Source: Amphiscolops sp. MND2022 | Taxonomy: Eukaryota | Length of the DNA stretch: 64,000 nucleotides | Reading direction: 5' to 3' | Assembly: GCA_964187785.1 (NCBI GenBank) | Contig: OZ076409.1 | Span: 26,164,001 to 26,228,000, forward strand | Shown here: positions 13,601 to 25,600 of the stretch, in pieces | How positions within the stretch are numbered: the stretch's first letter is position 1 | How the letters are laid out: every line of letters starts with the position of its first letter | Program-made: the position numbers and the translations under genes | The notes under the pieces: model-generated | What the model was told of the DNA's origin: nothing | Databases searched by the model: none | What the model saw: only the letters and a program-made list of their open reading frames with translations

Positions 13601-16600
13601 CCAGTGTCGACTAGAACGGAGTTCATCTTTGTCTGCGTTTCCGATAGAGACTTTTATCCTAGAGCCTTTGTTCGAATGGCGTGGTATCCATTCAAGCGAT
13701 AGCGGCAAAGTGAATCACAACGTGGTGTGAATTGTTTTCGGAGACGGAGGGACGTTATTTATCTCCGCCAGCCTACCAAAAATTACTTTTCCAAGTCACA
13801 ACGGTTCATGACCGCATATTCTAAGTTGCCTTACATGTAGCACTTCCGCGCTTTCCAGGAGTTACATAAAGACTCTAAGCTTCGCAAGTAGCATCAAGTC
13901 CAGATTGTTGAGACTGTCGGCATCTGTGGGGAAACTGTCGTCGTGTGGGGATACTGTCATATGGTTTTTGCTTAAAAATAACATACATAACATGGCGGTG
14001 CCATATGCTTTGATGTTCAACTGTTCAAATGGTTCTTGAATAAACAAATGCATCATGCAAGCGTCATATGGTCACTTCAACACCCGAAGCTTCTTTCCTA
14101 CTACATTCAAAAGCCATTTTGAAACGTGCTTCTCACTTAGTTCGGACAAATACCTAATGATATGACAAATTTTAATACTGCTACATGTTTTCCTGTACAA
14201 ATAAAAAGCTATTTAACTGTTTCTGCAATTTTATTATGTAGAAAATGAAATGTATTGATCTTTCCTTGCAGAAATTCAAATGTTTCTGCATGATATTTTC
14301 GTCTAGGCATTCTTTTAAATTTTCCCTGAATAATATTCCCCTTAATTTCGTGAAGGCATTAAACAAAACAAGCCGGGAACAGGATAAATCGGCACCCACT
14401 GTAGGCTTGCAAAGAACAAAAATACTTCAGAGCGTCGAGGCTTGTCTACTGAAAAATTCTCAATTTCACAATACCGAAAAAAACCTAAAGGAGACTCTTT
14501 GATCTTAGAAGGTCTTTTTCATAACTAAATTACCAAAAAACCAAAAGGGGGAACACTTTTACAAAATTGATTTTTTTTTCAAAAAAGCTTTTTTCAAAAA
14601 AAAACCTAGGTCTCTGTTGTGAAACTAACCTATTAGGTTTTGTGAAAAAACCCCATTTCGGTTCTAGGACATTACGCCCAAGGAACTTACGTCCAAACGG
14701 AAATTACGCCCAAGGAAATTAGGCTATTCAAAGAGAATAGCAGCGATTTTTTCAGGTTATTATTTGAAGAGGTTAGCTTCGCTCCCTTCGCCAAGTAGCA
14801 ACATTGAGGCATGGTCATATTGGCACGTCGCTCCGCTTCGCTTCGCTCCTGCATTTAGGGCACTAGGGGTATGTGAGTATAGCTGATTACATTATCGTAA
14901 TTTCCTTGTGCGTAATTTACATTTGGGCGTAATGTCCGCTTTGGGCGCAATGTCCTTGGGCGTAATGTCCGGACACCCCCATTTCATATTTAATCGAAAT
15001 AAGTTAGTGAAAATAGGAATGGAAAGACCCTTCCAACTAATTTGCCAGTTTGTAGAATTTTGGCATTCGGCATGAAATGGTCTTTTCGATCGGATTGAAA
15101 AAAAACACGACGACTCTATAATATAGCTGAAATCCAAAAATTCTAACTGTAAAAGACATAGAGAACAAGCATCCATGAAACATTGCAATATTGCAAAGCT
15201 AGCGTTGTTATATCGATTGCATGAAAGTTGTGTTTCGGACCTGATTCGTTATAATTGTTCATCGTTCATCGGGAAACAGATGAAAAGATTCAGGTCTTCA
15301 TGTTTATAGTTCTCAGTATCTGTGAACTCGATGCCTTTATGATGTTTCAGAAAGGAAACACAGCTCTCCACATAGCGTCTCTGTCGGGTCATTTGCCTCT
15401 GGTGCAGCTACTGGTGTCACGAGGAGCAGCCGTGAACTCGGTCACCCCCGAACGGGCTTTCACTCCGCTGTACATGGCCGCTCAAGAGAACCATCTCTCC
15501 GTTGTCAAGTTTCTCGTTGACAATGGAGCCGATGTCAATCTTCTAACAGATGTGAGTTCGAACCTGATCTCCAGTTATCTTAATTATTGTTCGTATGTGG
15601 ACATTCACGCCGAGGTTGATTTTTCGAAATTTAAGACAATCTATTAAGAAATTTAAGATAATTTATTAAAAGAAAATTCAATTCTGAAACATTAAGAATA
15701 TATTGAAACTTTATAATGAAAATTTATATTAGGTACTCAGAAGTCAACTGGGCCACGAAAAGGCTGGGAAGCTGGCATTTTTCTATCGAAAATTGAACAA
15801 ATTACATGATTTCTTCAAGATTTGTTAGCTTCTTGTAATGGAAGTTTCTGAAACATTTTGTTTTTCTGGGCACTGACAAAAAAATACCAAAAACTTTCTG
15901 AATAAGTTACATGTTTTGTTGTTCTGAATATTAAAACACGTTTTTTAAATGACAACCCAATGTTGTGAATTGATTGTGTCTTTTGGTACTAATGTCCAGC
16001 TGACCTTGAAAATGTGAAACGAATTCTGATCTTTTCCTTTTTACAGAAATGATAAATTGAACAGTTTTTCTATCCGATTATTTGCTGTGGGGTTGTTTTT
16101 AATGGGAGTTCATAATTAGAAACAAGTTGGAGCTTTGAGAAAGCAATGAAATCATGTAGATGAAATGTTTCAGGACGGTTTCAGTCCCTTAGCAGTAGCT
16201 GTACAACAAAGACACGCTGACATTGTCTCGTTTTTGCTTCGTTTCGACTCAAGTGCGGGTGGTAACCGAGCCGCTACTCCCAACAACTACAACGATAACA
16301 CGAGTACTCTGATTGGAACCACGAGAAGACAACCTGCGGCTGGTGGCAAGAGGTCAAATCTGCCTGACCTCCACATCGCTGTCAAAAAAGATGACTCAAA
16401 GGCCACTGCTCTCTTACTCCAGCAACCCTCAGCTGACCCCAATGTCAGGGCCCCTGGAAGCGCGTTCACTGCATTGCACGTTGCTTCTCACTACGGATAC
16501 GTCAGCATCGCCCAAATCTTGCTCTCACACGGAGCGAACCCTAATCTGACTGCAGGCAAAGATAACATCTCGCCGCTTCACGTTGCGGCCAAATTCGGGC

Positions 16601-19600
16601 AGACTGAGATGTGCAAAGTTCTCCTTAGTCACGGAGCTGAGCCTAATGCCAAAACCAAAGACGGTCTCACTGCGTTGCATTTGGCGAGTCGTGGAGGTCA
16701 CGAGGAAGTGGTTGATTGTTTACTATTGCATGGTGGAGGAGGATTCGTCGAGTTTCGGATGAAGACGAAAAGTGGGTTGACGGCCCTCCATTCAGCTGCA
16801 CAGGCCAACACCCCCGATGGCCAAGACTGCAACCCTGGTCACATCTCGTGCGCGAGACTGCTTCTGTTCCATGGAATTCACGTTGACGAGGTTTCTCGCG
16901 ATTTGCTGACGCCTCTTCACATATCGGCGCATTGCGGTTAGAAATCGAGATTTTTCATCGACACATGAAGCAAAACAAATTTAACATTTATATTAGTTTT
17001 CATGAAGTGATTTAATAGTAACTGGTAGGTATTTGGGGTTATAGGAAAAATTGCAGAAATGAAAACTCACACGGAAAATGCCCTGAGTTAAAAACGCCCA
17101 CAGAAAAAAAAGTCCATAGGAGATATTGACTGGTAGAATTTGTTTTCACATCAACTATAATTTTTATATTGGTTTATGACTCGGCCTTCGTCGAAACTAG
17201 CCGCTAGACCGGCAATGTCTCGCCTCGCTCTTGCATTTAGGACACAAGAGGTAGGTGGCTATATTTTACTACGTTATCGTAATTTCCTATTGGCGTTATT
17301 TCGTTTCGAGCGTTTTTTTTTCAGACACCGTATTCGCGACTTCAGCGTTTTGCAATTCATATGTTTGTCACATGATTTTTAATGACATACTGACAGTCCT
17401 GTTTAAAACACATCTGCTTATGAAGGATTAAAAACTGTAGTTCTCTAACGCCCCTCCCCCTTAAGCAGTTTTGTCGAATATTTTGTTGAATTTTTCATGT
17501 GCCATGTTTTCACTTTTAATCATGCCTTTCTTTTTAAACCAGGTAATGCAAGCATGGCGGAATACCTGTTGCAACATTATGCGAACCCGGATGCGAGGGC
17601 TTTGAATGGGTTCGCCCCTCTGCACGTGGCTGTTAGGAAACGACGAGTACCCGTCATCAGGTTGCTGTTGAGGTATTTCGCTGATGTAAACGTAACCACT
17701 GAGTCTGGTCTGACTCCCTTGCATGCAGCAGCTTTCACGGGAGCTGAAGAGGAACTGAACCTGTTGTTGAAAAGTGGAGCTGTGGTCAATGCAGAGAGCG
17801 CTTTGGGCGAACGACCTCTGCATTTGGCTGTGCGAAATGACCACCTCAGAGTGGCTGAGATCCTACTGAAATTTGGTTAGTGAATTTAGTACTTGAATTA
17901 AATGATATATAGTTCATATTCCTCTAAGGGTTATCATTCGCCACGGCTCAAAATTTTAGTGATTGGTGGCACGAATTATATAGGTAATATTGCAATTGAA
18001 TTTGTTTCACGAATGCTGTGCGAAATGGAATAGAAGCGTATTTGTTGTTGCTCCTGAATCAACAATCTACCCGAATTATGTTTATTTGATATTCATTGAT
18101 CCTAGTGTGTCTACGGGCAGCTTAGAAGTCTTTATGTCTGGTCCAGATTGCCAATAAAATACTCAAATTCATGCTGAGGAATTTAATGTTGAGACACAAC
18201 AAAATTGCATTCCTTCTATTTATAGAATTATAGTTTAAGCACCTTCGAAACCTGGCCATGCTCCTGTGAAACATGTTCCAAGAATTTACGAGCCCTATTC
18301 TTAGCGAATATTGAGCCCCGATCTCTACAAATTAAAAGCCATATCATTTAACATAAGCTGTGACTGTCTTTTAAATTTCGAAGCTTTGATGGGACGGAAA
18401 TCGATGGATTCTATTGAACTTGTCAAACATTTAGTCATAAAATTGCCAAGATAGCGATGCCTTGATTGATAATAGAACTAAAACTACGACTGTAAGGAGA
18501 TAGTTTGAAGAAAGACTATTTAGCTTAGTTGGTTTGACCGTTCAGTTGAAATGCTTCTGTTTATAATAGTTGTACTCGTGTCAAATTGACTCCTCTGCTG
18601 AATAATTACTTTTATCTGATCTGTTTTGGATTACCTGGACAGCCGATACGTTTAGGGAAAAATCAACAGAACTAAAACTAACTGCAAATCAACCTATCTA
18701 CGTAACGCGATTTTGAATTTTTACCACGGATGTTTATTTGGAAAAAAGTCGTGTGCTGATATAGCAGAAGAGTTTTTTATAAACTCCGCTAGTGGTTTCG
18801 ATTGATAGTTCTCGATATTATTCCTGTCAAAAGGATCTGGTCTGGTTCTGTGACTTCGTTTGTAGCTTTTATCATGACTTGGGTCTCGTGTTGATTTGGT
18901 TTGGATGCGGTGACCAGTGCGTGCGTGGTGTCATTCATGGTACTTTTAGGAAGTGAGGTTGATGCCAGAACTGGAGACGGCGGCCAGACTTGCTTGCATC
19001 TGGCAGCCAGAGCCAACAGTGCGTCCATGTGCCATCTTCTGTTGAAACATGGTGCAAACCCATCCAACTTCGCTTCTTCGTCCGGTGGCCCCAGTGTGCT
19101 CCATGCAGCAGCTAGAGATGGCGCATTCGAGTGTGCACAGATGTTGCTCCAATGTGGAGTCGATCCTAACTGCAGAACAACTGTTAGTGCTTCGAAAGAA
19201 ATAAAGTTCATTTCCCCATAAGAGTTTATTCATTCATTTGTATGTCATTACATAAGTAATACACAATACAAACAAAAGGGACATAGAATGAGCTGATCAG
19301 CTCTTCTAATGTATTTACCCCCAGAGAACCAACAATGACTTTTTAAAGCTACCCCGTATTTCCTTTTTAATGCTTGTAGTCAATTCATAAATGATACGTT
19401 CAATGTTATATGACGTAAAATTATACCGGGTGGGTATATATCTGCTTTTTCTAAGTCGGTGCCCTTTCAGATACAATGGTACCATATTTGCAGCCAAGTG
19501 GTCAAGTAATGGTTTCAAAATTATTGAAATTTGAGATTTTCAGGTGTGAAAATTGTGCTTGTCAATACATTTTTGAAATGAAGCTTAGAAAAGTAATTTG

Positions 19601-22600
19601 CCGAATCCATTTGTGTCTGACTCAAATACTGTTTTTTTTCGAAACTTAGATTCAAGAGAAATAATCATCCAGCGTAAGAACTCAATGCTGACAGGTACTT
19701 ATTTCAGCAAGCAAAGTTCGCCTTGATGTTTTATACTGAATCAGTCTTTAAAATGACATTGGCCCTGTAAGGTTCAAAAAAGTCTTTATGACAGACAGTT
19801 TGATACTGTTCATGCAGATGAAGAGACAGTGAGTGTACATGTAATGTGGATAAATCATGAACTTTATTTTGCAGAGAGGTGGCGAGCTGACTCCCGTGCA
19901 CCTGTCTGCCAAGTACGGGCATCTGGAACTGTCTCGTCTGCTGATTGCTCACGGGGCAGCCCCAGACGTGGCGGCCAACGGGGCCAGTTGCATGACCCCC
20001 CTGCACTTCGCAGTCATGAACGGTCACAGCGATGTTGCCCTTTTGCTCCTCCAATCAGGCGCCTCTGCTGACTCCATTGCGGCTGTGAGTAAACAACAAA
20101 CTTCCTCATGTATTATTCCCAACTGATCCTTTCAGTGGCAGAAATTTTTATATTCACCAGTTTTACATGCCAAAGTCACAGTGATCTACCATGCAACGAC
20201 GGCCTACACTGAGCTAATTCAGGAGGATCATGCTATGGCTCGGTTTTTTTTCCTTTCCACACTGGTCTGTTTTGTTAGAGCGGGTTTCTTACATAATGAA
20301 AACGTTACCTACTTCCTGCGTTTGTTTCACCAGTGCTTCAGATTGTCGTTGTTGAGGTCTTGACTAAGCTCGCTAGCATAAATCGAAACTCAATAAAACT
20401 AAAGTTTTCATGTAATTTTCTTCAAAACTTGTGGTTGTTGCTTAAATCGGTTTTTAATTTCTAAAAATATACTTCACGAACTTTCAAATGCATACAAAAA
20501 TTGTAAAAAAACGGCACCCTTCAACGTCGTGACGGTACGCTAAATTTTTTTGTGGAAGCCTTCATCAGAACAACTCTGGCGCATTTTTCACCACTAACAA
20601 TGCCTAATGACTTGGTTGGGGTATACCTTTCGACTACGTTGATCTAAGGTGGAACAAAAATATCTCAGGTGTTTTGCTTTTTTCACGTTTTTCAACTCAA
20701 GAAAAATGACACATTTCGATATTGAAACTTTGATGATGGTAATTGCACCTCAAGACAGTTGGTTGAAGTTGTTTTGTAGTAAAAACCACCTTTTTCGATC
20801 CCGATGTCCTTTTGTCGCTGATAAAATCTATATATATATAAAGCAAAGCATCTATATATAATATGCTTTGCCTCAATTGAGGACGAAATCACTGTCGCGG
20901 TTAAAATCTTCAGGTTGAATTTTTTTGACTTCTAGCTTTACTTGACAAAGTACTTCTATAAAATGGATTGTTTTATATTTCCATATTTCGCCTTTTGAAA
21001 ATTAGGATCAGAATTTTTCTACTGGCATTGGATTTCTAAATAGATTTGTCTTTGTTTTAGAATCTCGGCATTACACATGGCTGTTAGGAAGAACTCTTTG
21101 GAAATGGCTCAGAGGCTGGTTGACCACGGTGCATCTCCTGATGCCCAAACCAAGTGGGGTGAGGCGCCAGCTCACACAGCTGCGAGACTAGGATTCTTGG
21201 AAATGCTGAAGTTCCTGCAGTACTGCGATGCTAATCTCCACATTTCGTCACCTGTGAGTCATCAGATTTTTCATCATATTTTTATGTTTATAATGGCAGT
21301 CTGTTCTATTCTCATCAATCTAATTTCAAACTTGTGTACTTGGCAATTCAAAATTGAAGGTAAAATTGTGAAATACATGTATGTAAAAGTTTTTCAAAAT
21401 TAAAATTTACTATGAGTTTTTTTCTCTTGCAACTGTTCTGCCCGCATGTATCTATGAGTCATTTCTATGTTCCCCAAGCCTCTTCTTCAATTCAAGCATA
21501 ATGAATCTCAGTAAGATAATGAAGTCTTGGTGCATTTCTGGGTGGTGTCAAACAGTAATAACATCATTAAGCTTTTCGTTACCAAATCATAGTTCAAATT
21601 ACGTTCTGCATATTTGCAGCTGGGTGTTGCTCCTCTTCATCTGGCGGCACAAGAAGACAAAGTCACCGTGTGCAAGTTTCTCATCGAGGACTGCCGACCA
21701 TTGAAAGGACTCGGCATCTCCAACGTGGCTGAGATGCGCACCAAGGCTGGCTACACAGCTCTGCATGTGGCAGTGTACCACAACTGTGTGAACACAGTCA
21801 TGTATTTGCTGCAATGCGGAAGATGCAATCCCAACTGGCAGACACAGCTCTCGGGTTACTCTCCTTTGCACATAGCGGCCCAGCAGGGCAACACGTCGCT
21901 TGCACATATGCTACTCAGAGCCAACTGTCAGCCGAACTTGAGGACAAACAACGGGGCAACCGCTTTGGCCATCGCTTCTAAGCTCAGATACATCACCCTA
22001 GTGGATCTGCTCAAGAGTGTTACTACCATTGCTGTCACCCTAACATCTGTTAGTCACACCGTTTTACATGTACATGAGAATCATTAATTAATGCCACTAT
22101 TTCGTTGTCTCTGAAATGTCAAGATATGTATGATTCAACGGAATGCATTGAAACTCTTAAACAGGGCGTAGACCTTCAAGGGGTAACATTTTGCGTGTTC
22201 AGGAAATCGATAGTGAGATTCGAACGTTCCGAGCTCCGGAATCCATCCAAGATGCAGTCAACTGGGGAGAGAACATAACGGGCGGCCCAGCGAACATCGC
22301 AGAACAAGAAGATGAGATTGATTACCCGGAGACTGAAGACATGAACTGTTTTCTGGCGCCTGCAGACGTCCAATTCCTAACCAAGGAATCCGACGCTCTT
22401 CCCCATTTGAGTGCCAGCACTCGATCTCTTCCCAGAAGTGGGGCTCAGACCCCCACTCACTTCGAAAGCTATGCGTCCTACAACCGATACTTGTCTCCCT
22501 CTGGAAACGATCAGGCATGAGCGATAAAATCAAACTGTTTTTTTCAAGTATCTCTGACCGTTTTGTAAAATTATTTCTTTCTGTGTTTGCATTGTAGGAT

Positions 22601-25600
22601 TTTGTTGAGGTGTTGAAGGAACATTTAGCTGGATAGTCTAAGTACGTTCCCCGATCGAAGTAGCACAAAGCATTTCTACTACCGCTTGCCTTCGAGATAA
22701 AAAATTAGGTTATATTTAATCTTAATGACAATAAAAATGTCAAATGGAACCCTAGAAATAGCTAGATAACATCTATTGTTATGGGATCGAAAGCTATCAA
22801 GATACTCGAAGCATTCGGGCAAACGCTCCGAGAATAAAATGACTACCTACCAGAAATAAAACCCATTCTGAATTGAATTGAATTGGAATTTATCTGTTAT
22901 TCAATGAACGAAACGCAAGCAAATACAATTAATATACAATCATCGAACAACAGAACTTCCAAAGGCATATGCCCGCTTAACGGAAGCCTGATAAGTAATT
23001 CATAACATCAAAACAAAAATATGAGGAATGTCAATTTTTTATATTTTTAATTTTTTTTAAATTATTTTTTGAATTAAACAAAGTATGTAAGGAACCGTTT
23101 GATACTTTGCACTTAGATGTATTTCCAATATAAGGTACACAGATGCCTTGTGTGGTGAACCTGGTGTCTACTGGGAACTCCCACAGAAAACCATGTAACC
23201 GATTGTTGAAGTGTGCACACAGTGCCTACTTCGCGCATGGTTCCTAACAAGGGAGACCCCAGCAGACACCGCATAGTGCAGGCTGGGTTATGCCCGTCTT
23301 ACCCAATGTAAGGCTCTGAAAGTTCGCTCTTTTTGTAACCCCTCCTGAAAATGTTTCTTGACAATTCTTGAAAGTATCAGTGAACTGGGAATAAACCAAA
23401 GCTCTAAGCTATTCAATTTGAAAATCCCTTTTGACCGTAACAGACATTCAAAGCATTTCATCGGAAAGCTCCATTGTTTGTTTCTGCGTTAGCTGGAATA
23501 TTAAAACGCGGACAGTCAACTTTTTTCCCAACATTATTATTTTGAAACGTTCAGTTCTACTTAAAGACGGCGAGAGCGAAACGGTCTCGGGTCCTGTTTC
23601 TTTTTTGAGAGAAAGCTAGTGATTGCTTGCTGAACGGCTAACGTTTAAAAGGTTTTCAGCGCTATCATATTTGTTCAAATTTATTTTCTTGTATTCATGT
23701 CGCAAAGCATCTCCCAAGATTTGGATGCTTTCAGTAAATCTGGCTAGGTTTGAATTTTTTTTCGATATTTCAAAAGTTGGGACTTCTAAGAAATCTGTTT
23801 GGAATTAAAGTTTCACTTCTGGACATTTTTATAAAATCCGATTTATCCGGAAAATGCGGAAATGCTAGATGTATTGGAGTTTTTGCAGTTGCAGAAGTAA
23901 TGCTGAGCCCGAGGGATCCGATGCCTAATAACAAAATTTTGAAAATGCTAAAGTGAATTCTCTTAGGTCAAAAATGCGTGAATTTCTTGTGGCCTACAAG
24001 TCAATTTTTGGTTTCAAGCTGAAACTAATTGAACTACAACTTTACTCATCTCTGAACGCGTGAACAGTATGGAAGCCGACCTCCCTCTGGAACAAGCAAC
24101 ATTTCTGGATACACGACCACCTCTTACGGCGACAATCTGTTGCTGTCCCCGGTCAACGCAGGGAGTCTTATGGCACGTTTGTCTATCTCTGACTTAGCCC
24201 ACGTTCGCACTTTCGAGCAACAAGTGCCATCAAACAATGCTGACGCTGTTCCTGACAGACTGTCTGCATCTGGATTTCTCATCAGCTTCGTGGCGGATGC
24301 CAAAGGATGCAGAATGCGCGCAGCCAGAGGAAATAGACTGTGCTTTATTATACCAGCTAGATCGTGTGAACAGCCCCAGAGGATTACGTGCAGACATGTG
24401 AGGAGACATAAACTAGCAGCTCCGCCTCCGTTGTGTGAGGACCAAGCGCTTGCGTCACGAGTGCTGGAGTTGGGCCCTGTCGGTACCAAGTTCACGGGCG
24501 GGCCTATAATAATTGAAGTTCCCTACGTGGCTTCTCTCTGCAACGGCGAACGAGAAATTGCAGTGTTCACTTTCACGTCAGCATCATCTAGCAGAATTGC
24601 CAGCAGCAGCGGCGGCGGCGGTCCCAACACATTTGGCGAATGGGTAGAACACAAGCAGCCGGAAATAGAAGCTAGGATTAAACGCTTGCTCGACAGTCAT
24701 CTCGCAGACACTAGGAATTCCTCTACAAAAAGAGGATCCGTGGGGGGTTAGTTTGTTGCCCATTAATCTCACAAATTGAGCATTCCCCTTGTCACTTGGG
24801 AACAAAAAATACATGCGTACTATCAAAGCAAGTACATTTGCTTACAAACACGACGAGACTATACACCTACGCCTAATTAATGCATTCTATTTTAGGGAGA
24901 TTTTGATGCTTCTGAACTCAAATGATTTTTTTCTGTTTTCCTCTGAATTTGTTTCAAACGTTCAAATGTGCATGAGGATGAACTACAGCGTGCTTACATG
25001 AATGATGCGCAGAATCAATTTTTAATGCATTAGATGGCATGCAAGAGAAACCAAGAGAAATATAGGTCAATGTGTGACAACAAAACTATTCGAGTACATG
25101 TATCATTGCACTGATAGATTCTTTCTCCTTCTGAATTGACTAACACTATTGACAAAGAAGACATTTGAATGGGACTGAAACAAAATATTCTGGATACTTG
25201 ATTTTTTTCATGTTCTGGAAGGAACTGTAAATAGTTTTTGTAAATCTGTTATACGTTTCGTAGAGATTGAAAACTTGAGAGTGATATCCAGTTAAATTAT
25301 TTGGAAATTTAAATTTAACCATTTTTAGTATCTTTGAGTTTCAACTGATCACGTACACAAGTTTTTTGCCGCACAAATGATTCAACTGATTTTCAACTTC
25401 AAAAATTTCCAAAATATGGAATGTCGCTTTGGAAACAACTGTTCGTGGAACGGGTAAATTTACAACAAATTCTTAAAAAAACTAATAATCGAGTGCCACG
25501 TTTTCATACGTGATATACCAAACCCCTGAGAAAGGGGAAATTTCCCAGCAAATTCAAACCAATTAGAGATCTCTTTTGAAAATACCCTCTCTAGACATTG

